Part shown: one piece after another, positions 18,906-28,070 of the stretch
How positions within the stretch are numbered: position 1 is the first letter of the stretch
Layout: the number at the start of each line of letters is the position of its first letter
NCBI GenBank assembly: GCA_964387845.1
Contig: CAYLXA010000004.1
Span: 128,001 to 192,000 of the forward strand
Reading direction: 5' to 3'
Length of the DNA stretch: 64,000 nt
DNA from: an uncultured bacterium
Lineage (GTDB): Bacteria > Omnitrophota > Omnitrophia > Omnitrophales > Abzuiibacteriaceae
Program-made: the position numbers and the translations under genes
The notes under the pieces: model-generated
What the model was told of the DNA's origin: nothing
The model's database searches: none
What the model saw: only the letters and a program-made list of their open reading frames with translations

Positions 18906-20462
18906 ATGCCGATCACTCAAAAATTCCTTTCCGTCACTCCGACCAGCCGCTTCTGCGTCGAAAAAGTGCCGCCGCCGTGCGCGTTGATTATTTTTGGCGC
19001 ATCCGGCGATTTATCCTACCGCAAGCTAATTCCTTCAATTGTTCATCTTCAGGCCATGAAGCTGCTGCCAAAAAAGTTTTTCGCCGTCGGATTTGCCAGG
19101 ACTGAAATGAGCGATGCCTCGTTTCGTGAAGATATCCGGAAGTCCGTTCATTCCGAGTTTCTATCGGAAAACATGCTGAACCAGTTTCATTATCAAACGG
19201 GGCGCTACACGGAGCTGTCAGACTACGTGCGTTTGAAAGAGCGATTGGCAAAATTGAGCGCAGAGCACGGCACCGGCGAACGGTTTATTTTTTATTTATC
19301 GATCCCTCCTTCGCTTTATGTGACCGTGATTGAAAATTTGGTAAAGGCAGGGCTCGTTTCCCGTAAAAAAAACAAAGACAGATGGTCCAGTGTCGTGATT
19401 GAAAAGCCTTTTGGCCGCGACCTGGCATCAGCTCAGGAATTAAGCCGGGCGATCAGCAAGTCTCTTTCCGAGGATCAAATTTACCGGATTGATCATTTTT
19501 TGGGAAAGGAAACCGTTCAGAATATTTTATTGTTCCGCTTTGCCAACAGCATTTTTGAGCCCATTTGGAACCGTGAGCATATCGACCACGTTCAAATCAC
19601 GGCAGCCGAAGAGCTCGGCATTGAACACCGCGCAGGATATTACGATCAAGCCGGAGCGCTTCGTGACATGTTTCAGAACCACATTTTACAGCTCATCGCA
19701 CTCACCGCCATGGAGCCGCCGCGGGATATGAAAGCCGAATCCATCCGCAATGCGCGCGTGCAAGTAATCCGGTCGCTCCGGTCCTTTCACGGAAATCAAA
19801 TCAGCAAGACTGTTGTGCGGGGCCAGTATGCTGCAGGCGAGGTCAGCGGGCAGCGCACGCCGGCTTATCGTGATGAGGAGGGTATCCGGCGCGATTCAAG
19901 AACAGAAACTTTTTCGGCTATGAAATTATTTGTGGATAACAAACGCTGGAAAGGAGTTCCGTTCTACTGCCGAAGCGGCAAGCGCTTAGCGCAGAAAATA
20001 ACGGAAATCGCGATTCAATTTAAACGTCCCCAGAAGTTTCTGTTCAAGCCGCTCATTCAACCGGAAGATGTTGCGGCAAACGTGCTGTCATTCCGGATTC
20101 AGCCGGCCGAGGGAATTTCAGTCTGCTTTCAAGCCAAGCAGCCGGGCCCCAAATTCTGCATGAATTCACTTTCTCTTAATTTTGATTACAAAGAGGCGTT
20201 TGGAATTAATCCGCCCGAAGCTTACGAGCGCTTGCTTCTCGATTGCATGCTGGGCGATCAAACCTTATTTACGCGGCAGGACGACGTAGAGCTTTCTTGG
20301 CGTTTTTTTCAGCCTGTTTTAAAATACTGGTCCAGCCATGCGCCAAACGATTTTCCTAACTATGCTCCCGGCAGCTGGGGGCCCAAGGCCGCTGACGATT
20401 TGATCGAGCGCGACGGCAGGACCTGGAGAAATTTTGAATCCGATGCAGCCCTTGAAGCATGA
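18906..20462 (+). CDS. zwf: glucose-6-phosphate 1-dehydrogenase
   Basis: The G6PD signature DHFLGKE and the NAD(P)-binding GASGDL motif. Confidence 0.9.
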   Translation: MPITQKFLSVTPTSRFCVEKVPPPCALIIFGASGDLSYRKLIPSIVHLQAMKLLPKKFFAVGFARTEMSDASFREDIRKSVHSEFLSENMLNQFHYQTGRYTELSDYVRLKERLAKLSAEHGTGERFIFYLSIPPSLYVTVIENLVKAGLVSRKKNKDRWSSVVIEKPFGRDLASAQELSRAISKSLSEDQIYRIDHFLGKETVQNILLFRFANSIFEPIWNREHIDHVQITAAEELGIEHRAGYYDQAGALRDMFQNHILQLIALTAMEPPRDMKAESIRNARVQVIRSLRSFHGNQISKTVVRGQYAAGEVSGQRTPAYRDEEGIRRDSRTETFSAMKLFVDNKRWKGVPFYCRSGKRLAQKITEIAIQFKRPQKFLFKPLIQPEDVAANVLSFRIQPAEGISVCFQAKQPGPKFCMNSLSLNFDYKEAFGINPPEAYERLLLDCMLGDQTLFTRQDDVELSWRFFQPVLKYWSSHAPNDFPNYAPGSWGPKAADDLIERDGRTWRNFESDAALEA

Positions 20463-21171
20463 AATCGTTTATTTTGAGTCTCGGGAGGAATTTAACACCG
20501 CGTGCGCGTTGCGAATCGCCGAGTGCGCAGCGGCTTACGTAAAAAGAAACGGCAAATGCACTCTCGTCTTATCGGGCGGCAATACGCCCTGCGCAATCTA
20601 CGGTTTGCTTGCAACAAAATTTCGAAATCAATTTCCGTGGGATAAAACCTTTTTCTTTTTCGGGGATGAGCGCGTGGTGCCGCCGGATCACGCCGACAGC
20701 AATTTTAAAATGGCATCTGAAAACCTGTTCTCGAAAATCCCGGTCGATCAAAAAAATATCTATCGATTCGAAACCGAAAAATTCAATCCGGAGAAAGCAG
20801 CTCAGTCTTATGAAGCAAAAATCAGGAATTTCTTTCATTTGGCTGACGGCCAACTTCCAGATTTTGACCTGGTTTTGCTCGGCCTCGGTACAGACGGCCA
20901 TACGGCATCGCTTTTTCCGAATTCGAGGGCTCTTTCGGAGTCTAAGCGGCTCGTGGTATCTGATTATGTGGAGAAATTGGCGGCGCACCGGCTTACCATG
21001 ACGCCCGTCGTGTTTAATCGTTCACACCATGTTTTTTTTCTGGTATCCGGAAAAGAGAAAAAGTCGATGGCCGAAAAAATAATTTCGGCGAAACACCCTG
21101 TATCCGAACTTCCTGCCACGTTCATCAGGCCGCGGCAGGGTCCGGTTACATGGTTTATAAATCAATCTTGA
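20434..21171 (+). CDS. pgl: 6-phosphogluconolactonase
   Basis: A conserved LSGG.TP block (VLSGGNTP) in a roughly 245-aa protein, overlapping the zwf stop. Confidence 0.85.
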   Translation: MNPMQPLKHEIVYFESREEFNTACALRIAECAAAYVKRNGKCTLVLSGGNTPCAIYGLLATKFRNQFPWDKTFFFFGDERVVPPDHADSNFKMASENLFSKIPVDQKNIYRFETEKFNPEKAAQSYEAKIRNFFHLADGQLPDFDLVLLGLGTDGHTASLFPNSRALSESKRLVVSDYVEKLAAHRLTMTPVVFNRSHHVFFLVSGKEKKSMAEKIISAKHPVSELPATFIRPRQGPVTWFINQS

Positions 21172-21225
21172 AATTTTGCGTTTTTTTATTAAAATAATTT
21201 TTCAATTTTACCGACGGAAGGATTT

Positions 21226-21975
21226 ATGATTGACGTACAGTCGCTTGTCATGAAGTACGGCGCTTTCACGGCGCTTGATGGGGTTTCGTTCCGCGCGGAA
21301 ACCGGCGAAATTCTCGGGCTTTTGGGCCCCAATGGTGCCGGCAAAACGACCGTGATGCGGATTTTGACCACTTACCTTCATCCATTTTCCGGTACGGCCA
21401 GAATCGGCGGCCACGATATTGTTGAAAATCCCATCGAAGTCCGCAAAATGACCGGGTACCTGCCGGAAACAGCCCCGCTTTATCAGGATATGCAGGTGGA
21501 CGAGTATTTGGCATTTGTCGGCGCTGCCCGTGGTATTTCAGGCCGAAGATTGTCGGAACGGCTGGATTGGATCCGGGAGTCCTGCGAGCTTCAATTTGTT
21601 TGGAAGCACTGGATTAACGAACTCTCAAAAGGTTATCGTCAGCGCGTCGGCCTGGCGCAAGCGCTGATTCACGATCCCTCGGTTTTAATTTTAGATGAGC
21701 CGACGTCGGGACTTGATCCGCTTCAAATCATCGGGATTCGCAAACTTATTCAAGAACTGGCGAAAAAGAAAACTATTATTTTCTCGACGCATATTCTAAA
21801 CGAAGTCGAAGTGATGGCTGACCGCATCGTGATCTTGAACGAAGGCCGGATTGTCGCGCAAGGAACTCACGCGGAGCTTTCCAGCAAAGCCGGGAAGCCC
21901 GGCGCTGGTAAAATGCCGCTTGAGCAGATTTTCATTTCATTATTATCCAACACGCAAAAACAATTTTCAGAATAA
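21226..21975 (+). CDS. ABC transporter ATP-binding protein (GldA-like)
   Basis: Walker A GPNGAGKTT, LSKGYRQR and Walker B ILDEPTSGLD motifs. Confidence 0.8.
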   Translation: MIDVQSLVMKYGAFTALDGVSFRAETGEILGLLGPNGAGKTTVMRILTTYLHPFSGTARIGGHDIVENPIEVRKMTGYLPETAPLYQDMQVDEYLAFVGAARGISGRRLSERLDWIRESCELQFVWKHWINELSKGYRQRVGLAQALIHDPSVLILDEPTSGLDPLQIIGIRKLIQELAKKKTIIFSTHILNEVEVMADRIVILNEGRIVAQGTHAELSSKAGKPGAGKMPLEQIFISLLSNTQKQFSE

Positions 21976-24491
21976 TGGACATTCGCAACGTCGTAGTCGT
22001 CTGCAAGCGGGAATTGGGCGCTTTTTTTAATTCCGCGATTGCGTATATTTTTCTTATCGTTTTTATCCTGATTTCAACCGGCTTATACATGTCGGATTTC
22101 TTTTTTGCGCTCCGTGCCGACATGCGCTCCTTTTTTAACACGCTTCCGGTTATTCTCTGTATTTTCATTCCGGCAGTGACGATGCGGCTTTGGGCCGAGG
22201 ACCGGCGGGGAAATACGCTCGAGCTTTTGCTGACATTCCCCATGAAAACACACGAACTGGTGCTCGGAAAATTTCTCGCAAGCTTCATCTTTTATTCTGC
22301 GGCGCTTGCGACTACTTTTACGATCCCGATCATGCTTCAATTTGTAGGAACGCCCGATTTCGGACCGATCGCGGCTTCTTACATTGGCGCGCTGCTTGCC
22401 GGCGGTTTTTTTCTTGCGATGGGCATGTTCATTTCGGGGCTTGCTCGGGATCAGATTGTGGCGTTTATCTCATCGCTCTTGATTTGCTTTGCATTTATTT
22501 TGTCCGGCACGGAGCTCACGGCCGCTTCTGTAGACGGCTGGCTGCCCGGCTTCGGCACATTTTTGAAGCTGTATTTTGGCCTTTTGCCGCATTTTGCGAG
22601 TTTTGCGCGCGGCGTTTTAGATTTGAAGGATGTTTTATATTTCGTCATCGGTTCCGTCATTTTTCTGACGCTCAACGGGTTTTGGCTGGAAGGCCGCATG
22701 AGGCCCAAAGCAAAAACCATATTCACTACCGCAACCGTCATCTGCATCGCGATTTTTATTTTATTCAACTGGCTTTTGGGCAGCTATTCGCTTGGCCGGC
22801 TCGATTTAACAAGCGCCAAAATTTATACGGTGTCGCCGGTTTCGAAAAAAATCTTGAAAGAATTAAAAGCGCCCGTGTTTGTGAAATATTACGTTTCGCC
22901 ACAGGAAAAAATGCCGACCCAAATGAAAACATTGGAACAAGAAGTGGTTGACAAGCTTCAGGAATTTAAGATCGCTTCAGAGGGAAAATTTGATTTCAAA
23001 GTGTTTCATTTGGAAGCTGCCAACGTTGCGGCTCCGAAGCAAGAAGGCGAAACCTCGATGGAATCTCAAGCGGAGCAGAAAGGCATTGAGCCCTTTCAAG
23101 TTCAAAGCGTCGAAGCCGATCAGCTTGGCTTACAGTTGGTTTATTCCGCGATGGCGATTGCTTACAAAGAAAAACCCGAGGAAATCCTGCCGCAAATCAT
23201 TCCGAATTCGCTCAACGATCTCGAATATATGCTGATTTCCAAAATTTACCGGATGACTTTGACGGAAATCCCCAGAGTCGCGCTGGTCGCGCCTTACCAA
23301 GAGAGAAACGTGAATCCGCAAGTGATGGCACTCCTTGCGCAATTGGGCGGCGGCCAGATGCCGGAGCAGTACCGCGACGATGAATACCAGTATCTACCGG
23401 CTGCGTTGGAGTATGCCGGATACGATGTGGATAGGATCAAATTGAATAAAGATGAACCTATCCCGCAAGATGTTAAAACCTTGGCCGTGATTGCGCCGGA
23501 AAATTTAAATGACAGGCAGCGTTACGAGATCAATCGCTTTTTGCACGAAGGAGGCTCGGTTTTTCTGGCAATCCAGAATTACATGTTTGATTATCAGCCC
23601 GCCGGGCGCGGCAGTCTGCAGATCGTTCCGAATCCGGTAAGGCCGGAAATTAATCCGCTGCTTCAAAATTGGGGGCTCCAGATTGATGAAAATGTGCTGA
23701 TGGATATTCAATCCGAAATTATTTCGATTTCAGGCGGCATGAACATGGGCCCGTTTGCCGTGTCGGTTCCGGTCAAAACACCGATTCAAATCATGATCGG
23801 AAGCGACGGTATGAACCAAAATTTATCGATCACTTCCAACTTGCCGCCGGTTTTTTATTTGTGGGGAAGCGCGATTCAAGCGGATTCAAAGAAATTAGCC
23901 GAAGCCGGATTTAAATACGATGTTTTGATGAAAACAAGCAAAGAGGCTTGGACTGTGCCCGCACCCAACGGCCCCATGAACCAGCAAAATTTTGAAGCGC
24001 CGGAGTCTGGTTTCAGCGGCCCTTATCCCGTAGCGGTTTGGGTTCGCGGACAATTTCCCAATGCTTATGCCGAGCGCAAAACGCTGCCGATGTGGCCTGA
24101 AGATCTTCCGGCGCCTCCCGAAGGTGAAGCGCCCGCAGATTTGGAAAAGCTCGCGACTTCTGCGCCCGAGCTTGCGCCAAAACCCGGACAGCTTTTTGTC
24201 ATCGGCACTGCCACGATTTTTAAAGAAAACATGATTTCAGGCGGCGGCTTGTCAGGACTTAATTTATTCAGCAATGCCATTGATGCAATGACGCTCAGTG
24301 AAAACCTGACGCAAATTCGAAGCAAGCAAGAGGTTCCGCGCAGCATTGCGAGACCCTCGGCATCCGCCAACATCGGCTGGCGCTTTGCCGTGAGTTATTT
24401 GGTGCCGATCCTTTTGGTTTTAATCGGCTCTTTTAATTTCGTTGCGCGCAAGCACGCCAAACAAACTTATTTGAAAAACATCCGCCGGTAA
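21975..24491 (+). CDS. ABC-2 permease fused to GldG-like domain (GldF/GldG-type fusion)
   Basis: An 838-aa protein with an N-terminal six-TM ABC-2 permease and a large extracytoplasmic GldG-like region ending in a C-terminal TM. It is coupled to the preceding ATPase (the stop and start share a base). Confidence 0.7.
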   Translation: MDIRNVVVVCKRELGAFFNSAIAYIFLIVFILISTGLYMSDFFFALRADMRSFFNTLPVILCIFIPAVTMRLWAEDRRGNTLELLLTFPMKTHELVLGKFLASFIFYSAALATTFTIPIMLQFVGTPDFGPIAASYIGALLAGGFFLAMGMFISGLARDQIVAFISSLLICFAFILSGTELTAASVDGWLPGFGTFLKLYFGLLPHFASFARGVLDLKDVLYFVIGSVIFLTLNGFWLEGRMRPKAKTIFTTATVICIAIFILFNWLLGSYSLGRLDLTSAKIYTVSPVSKKILKELKAPVFVKYYVSPQEKMPTQMKTLEQEVVDKLQEFKIASEGKFDFKVFHLEAANVAAPKQEGETSMESQAEQKGIEPFQVQSVEADQLGLQLVYSAMAIAYKEKPEEILPQIIPNSLNDLEYMLISKIYRMTLTEIPRVALVAPYQERNVNPQVMALLAQLGGGQMPEQYRDDEYQYLPAALEYAGYDVDRIKLNKDEPIPQDVKTLAVIAPENLNDRQRYEINRFLHEGGSVFLAIQNYMFDYQPAGRGSLQIVPNPVRPEINPLLQNWGLQIDENVLMDIQSEIISISGGMNMGPFAVSVPVKTPIQIMIGSDGMNQNLSITSNLPPVFYLWGSAIQADSKKLAEAGFKYDVLMKTSKEAWTVPAPNGPMNQQNFEAPESGFSGPYPVAVWVRGQFPNAYAERKTLPMWPEDLPAPPEGEAPADLEKLATSAPELAPKPGQLFVIGTATIFKENMISGGGLSGLNLFSNAIDAMTLSENLTQIRSKQEVPRSIARPSASANIGWRFAVSYLVPILLVLIGSFNFVARKHAKQTYLKNIRR

Positions 24492-24503
24492 ACTTTCGGT
24501 ATC

Positions 24504-25514
24504 ATGAAACTCAAGCAAATCATCGTTCTCACTTTCATTTTAGCGATTCTCGCAGCCATGATTGTGTGGAAAAATTCCCGGAAATCAGAATTTGTTTACC
24601 AGCAAGAGTCGACAAGCCTGGAAGTTGGTTTAGAACCAGCCCTTGCGACGGCGGTCAGAATCAAAAAGCAAGATTCGGAAATTAATATTGGGAAAGAAGG
24701 TGATGCTTGGAGAGTTGCAAGCCGTTTTAACGCAAAAGCCGACGCCAATAAAGTGCGCCAGCTATTAGAGGTTGTTTCTGATCTGAGCGGAGAATTTCGG
24801 AGTAATGACGCCGCGCTGCTTTCTGATTATGAAATCGAGAACGAGAAAGCTCTGCGGATCGAAATCGTGCAAAATGACGGAAAAAACGCGGTGCTTTTGA
24901 TCGGTCTCGCGAGGCCCGATCAGCGCGGAATTTTTCTTCGCTTAGAAAATTCAAACGCTGTTTATTTATCCAACGATCAGCTGCTTGTCAATATGGGCCT
25001 TTACGGCGATCTTGTGCGCGAAAATCCAAAAGCTGATTTCTGGATTGATTTCAGATTGTTGGATTTAGAAATTGATTCAGTTTCGTCAATCACACTGATT
25101 CAGTCAAAGGATGGAAAAGAAAATATTATTTTCAGCCTTGAAAAAGCCGCGGATGTTCAAAATCCTGCTCTTGCGACGTGGAAAATGAAAGATGCGCCCG
25201 AATCTTTCATGGTGGATGAAAGCAAGGTAAAAACCTATCTGCATAAATTTCAATTTGAACGCGCCAAAGAAATATTGGATCCGGCGGGGCAATATGGGCT
25301 CGAAAACCCTGACTTCAAATTAGTGTTTGGGCTAGCGGACGGTGCTCAAAAAGTAATGGTGTTTAAGAAACAGGGTCCTGAAGCAGGCGACCAGGCCGTT
25401 TCCGTTTTGGGCGAGCCGGACGTTAAATTAATTACCGCCACAGTTTTCAACTCGTTCCAGGCCACCGTAGATTTTTTCAAACAGGAAGAAGTTCAAGAAA
25501 ATCCTTCGCCTTAA
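24504..25514 (+). CDS. DUF4340 domain protein (GldG-associated)
   Basis: An N-terminal TM anchor. DUF4340 genes characteristically follow GldG-like genes. Confidence 0.6.
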   Translation: MKLKQIIVLTFILAILAAMIVWKNSRKSEFVYQQESTSLEVGLEPALATAVRIKKQDSEINIGKEGDAWRVASRFNAKADANKVRQLLEVVSDLSGEFRSNDAALLSDYEIENEKALRIEIVQNDGKNAVLLIGLARPDQRGIFLRLENSNAVYLSNDQLLVNMGLYGDLVRENPKADFWIDFRLLDLEIDSVSSITLIQSKDGKENIIFSLEKAADVQNPALATWKMKDAPESFMVDESKVKTYLHKFQFERAKEILDPAGQYGLENPDFKLVFGLADGAQKVMVFKKQGPEAGDQAVSVLGEPDVKLITATVFNSFQATVDFFKQEEVQENPSP

Positions 25515-25631
25515 ATTTCAATTGTCTGCCTAAAAGTCTCCTGATAAACTACGCACTCTAGTTTTAAGGGGTAAGTGTTAAGTGGTAAGAAAAACTTATC
25601 ACTTACAACTTATCTCTTACTGCTTAATCAT

Positions 25632-25704
25632 GCGCCGATAGCTCAGCTGGTAGAGCAAGTGACTCTTAATCACTGGGTCGTAGGTTCGATCCCTACTCGG
25701 CGCA
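25632..25704 (+). tRNA. tRNA-Lys (CTT)
   Basis: Acceptor stem gcgccga / tcggcgc, anticodon loop ctCTTaa, T arm ggttcgatcc. 73 nt. Confidence 0.9.
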
Positions 25705-26032
25705 TTGTTTTAATTTGGCCTCAAGCTTATATGCAATGAACGAGACTTCTTCGGCGCTCAAACAGTCCTCGGCATCTTTATATTGATTGAAGTGTTGATA
25801 GTTGATGTCTGCGGAACTCGCGGCGAAGAAGTCTCATTCATTGTTTTGTTATCCTTGTGAGGTTAAATCAAAACAATGCGAATAAGGGATCGAAGGGAGC
25901 AGCCGAGCCAAATAAATGGAGATGCGACGTCTAGGAGCATCGACTTCTTTACGAGGCTGCGGCTGACCGACCGAAGGCGAATAGCTGAATAATTTGCAGA
26001 GCAAATTATGAAGCTGCTATGAGCAGGAGGCG

Positions 26033-26051
26033 TCGATCCCTACTCGGCGCA
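26033..26051 (+). repeat. 19-bp exact direct repeat of the tRNA-Lys 3' end (tcgatccctactcggcgca), 328 bp downstream of the gene
   Basis: It is identical to 25686-25704, and the flanks are also similar (cgca-ttgttttaattt versus cgca-gttttattttt). Confidence 0.8.
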
Positions 26052-26081
26052 GTTTTATTTTTGCTGGATGGTGAGTTTGAA

Positions 26082-26163
26082 TGCGACAGGAGGGAGTTGA
26101 ACCCCCACCCCTTACGGGACAAGATCCTAAGTCTTGCGCGTCTGCCAGTTTCGCCACTGTCGC
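26082..26163 (-). tRNA. tRNA-Leu (TAG), class II with long variable arm
   Basis: The reverse complement reads gcgacag tggcgaaactggcag..., with anticodon loop ctTAGga, a variable arm tcccgtaaggggt and T arm ggttcaactcc. 82 nt. Confidence 0.85.
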
Positions 26164-26490
26164 AAATTGAAGAATATTATAGGAAAGTTGCAGTTCACGC
26201 AAGGTTGAACCAGATTGTATGGATGATTTGAAGCAATCTCAAGATAGCCTGCCATCTGAAGATCCAAACAATTCTGCAACCGCTCTTCTGGTCGTTGGTA
26301 TCCTGATCGTTGTTCTGAGTTCTGCCGCCCTTGCTTTTTTCCTGTATTCCAAGATCACCCACGGATCTTGACTGCTTACTGTTTATCCTTGCGGAATATC
26401 TTAAAATCACTATAATAGTCAGGTTCTGCGCTAGTCCTAAATTCATCGTTGTAAATCATTTAGGTCGGATTTGCTTTGTTTCATTTAGTT

Positions 26491-26577
26491 AATATGCGAG
26501 CGTAGCTCAACGGTAGCCCTGATTTACCATAGATGAACAATTGGTTTATTAATCAGAAATCAGGACAACCGTTGAGC
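26491..26577. repeat. Duplicated 26-bp tRNA-Gly 5' fragment (pseudo-tRNA) forming a long imperfect hairpin with an inverted copy
   Basis: 26491-26516 equals 26632-26657 (aatatgcgagcgtagctcaacggtag). 26505-26525 pairs with 26557-26577 at 18 of 21 bp. Confidence 0.7.
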
Positions 26578-26636
26578 TTCTCATTGATTCAATTTAACAG
26601 GCAGTCAGATCAAATATTATGAAGTAAAAGGAATAT

Positions 26637-26711
26637 GCGAGCGTAGCTCAACGGTAGAGCACTTCCTTGCCAAGGAAGATGTTGTGGGTTCAAATCCCAT
26701 CGCTCGCTCCA
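26637..26711 (+). tRNA. tRNA-Gly (GCC), CCA encoded
   Basis: Acceptor stem gcgagcg, anticodon loop ttGCCaa, T arm ggttcaaatcc, and it ends in cca. Confidence 0.9.
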
Positions 26712-26760
26712 ATTTTTTAGATGGTTTATGTTAAATCTTCTCGAAAGGCAAAAACAGGCT

Positions 26761-28041
26761 ATGAGTAAAGTTTCCGTTAAAGATATCAGTTCATGCGAAA
26801 AAGTTTTGACCATCCAGGTCCCCCAAGCGGATGTCCAAAAAGAATACGACCATGTTTACGATCATTTGGGAAAACATGTAAAAGTTCCGGGTTTCCGGCC
26901 GGGAAAAGCACCGAAAGACATTCTGGCGATGCGCTTCAAAAATGAGGCTACTGAGAAAGTCGTTTCAAACCTTATCTCAAATTCCTTGCGCGAAGCGCTC
27001 ACGTCAAAGGAAATTTTTCCGATTGGCTCTCCGGTTGTCCAAAAAGTAAAATTTGAGAAGGACGAACTTTCGTATGAAGCGCTGATTGATATCAAACCCA
27101 AAATCAAATTGGGTAAGTATAAAGGCCTTGAAGCCAAGCAAAAGCCGCTTCAGGTTGAAGAGTCTGAAGTGAATGATATTTTAAAGCGTATTCAGGAAAC
27201 GCACGTACGCCTGACGCCCGTTGCGGACCGCCCGGCGCAGATCGGCGATATTTTGTCTTGCGATTATAAGTTGCTCGTGGATGGCAAAGAAGAGGAACAC
27301 CGGGAAGAAGATGTGATCGAGCTTCGCGAAAAGGATTATTTCGAAGGATTTTCCGGGCAGCTTGTGGGCATCAAGCCGGGCGAGACGCGCGATGTGAAAA
27401 TTAAATTTCCGGAACAGTTCGCGAAAAAGGAATGGATCGGAAAAGAAGGTATTTACCAAGTGACCGCGAAGGAAATCAAAACCAAACAGCTTCCGGAGTT
27501 AAATGATGATTTGGCCAAAGAAGCCGGGGAGTTTGATACGTTGGATGCTTTGAAAAAGAAAATCCGCGATGAATTTGAAGCCAAGAAAAAACAGGAAATT
27601 GAGGAAGAAACCAAAGATCAGCTTCTGAAAGAAGTTTTGAAAAATTCAAAGTTTGAAATTCCGAAGCGCCTTGTCGAAACACGGCTTGAATCTTTGGTTA
27701 AAAAAGGTGTTGAATCAATCAAGTCCCAAGGCATGAAAGAAGAGGATGCGCTCAAGAAGCAAGACGAACTTCGCGAAAAGCTCCGAGAGGCAGCCGATCG
27801 CGATGTCCGGCTGTCTTTCATTTTGCACGAAATTACGACAAGCGAAAAAATCACGGCAGCTCCGGATGATTTCAAGGCACGCTACGCCTCAATTTCCGAG
27901 TGGGTCCGCCAGCCGCTTGCGGAAGTCGAGAAATATTACGAATCGCATCCGGAACAGAAAGAGTCGCTCGAAATCCAGATCATCAATGAGAAAGCGGTTC
28001 AGCTCATTCGCGATCAGGCGAACATTAAAATAACGTCTTAA
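26761..28041 (+). CDS. tig: trigger factor
   Basis: The TF N-terminal ribosome-binding region (GFRPGKAP) and an FKBP-like PPIase middle domain. The start is at MSKVS rather than the longer track ORF that begins inside the tRNA-Gly flank. Confidence 0.9.
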   Translation: MSKVSVKDISSCEKVLTIQVPQADVQKEYDHVYDHLGKHVKVPGFRPGKAPKDILAMRFKNEATEKVVSNLISNSLREALTSKEIFPIGSPVVQKVKFEKDELSYEALIDIKPKIKLGKYKGLEAKQKPLQVEESEVNDILKRIQETHVRLTPVADRPAQIGDILSCDYKLLVDGKEEEHREEDVIELREKDYFEGFSGQLVGIKPGETRDVKIKFPEQFAKKEWIGKEGIYQVTAKEIKTKQLPELNDDLAKEAGEFDTLDALKKKIRDEFEAKKKQEIEEETKDQLLKEVLKNSKFEIPKRLVETRLESLVKKGVESIKSQGMKEEDALKKQDELREKLREAADRDVRLSFILHEITTSEKITAAPDDFKARYASISEWVRQPLAEVEKYYESHPEQKESLEIQIINEKAVQLIRDQANIKITS

Positions 28042-28070
28042 TCAGAAATCCCAATCGACAGGAGGAAGTC

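Noticed and set aside
22190-22951. 253-aa ORF (+) in an alternative frame inside the GldF/GldG fusion gene
   Set aside because: Its Arg/Cys/His-rich, low-complexity translation has no family resemblance, and it is fully nested in a well-supported 838-aa gene.
21226-25514. Interpreting GldA/GldF/GldG homologues as evidence of Bacteroidetes gliding motility
   Set aside because: SD-dependent starts and a consensus TTGACA-N17-TGTAAT promoter argue against a Bacteroidetes host, and GldG-type ABC systems occur widely outside gliding bacteria.
26017-26231. Track ORFs 26017..26202 (-) and 26019..26231 (+), 61-70 aa
   Set aside because: Both are read straight through the tRNA-Leu (TAG) gene and the tRNA-Lys repeat. 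Their Arg- and Leu-rich sequences are a tRNA artefact, not coding.
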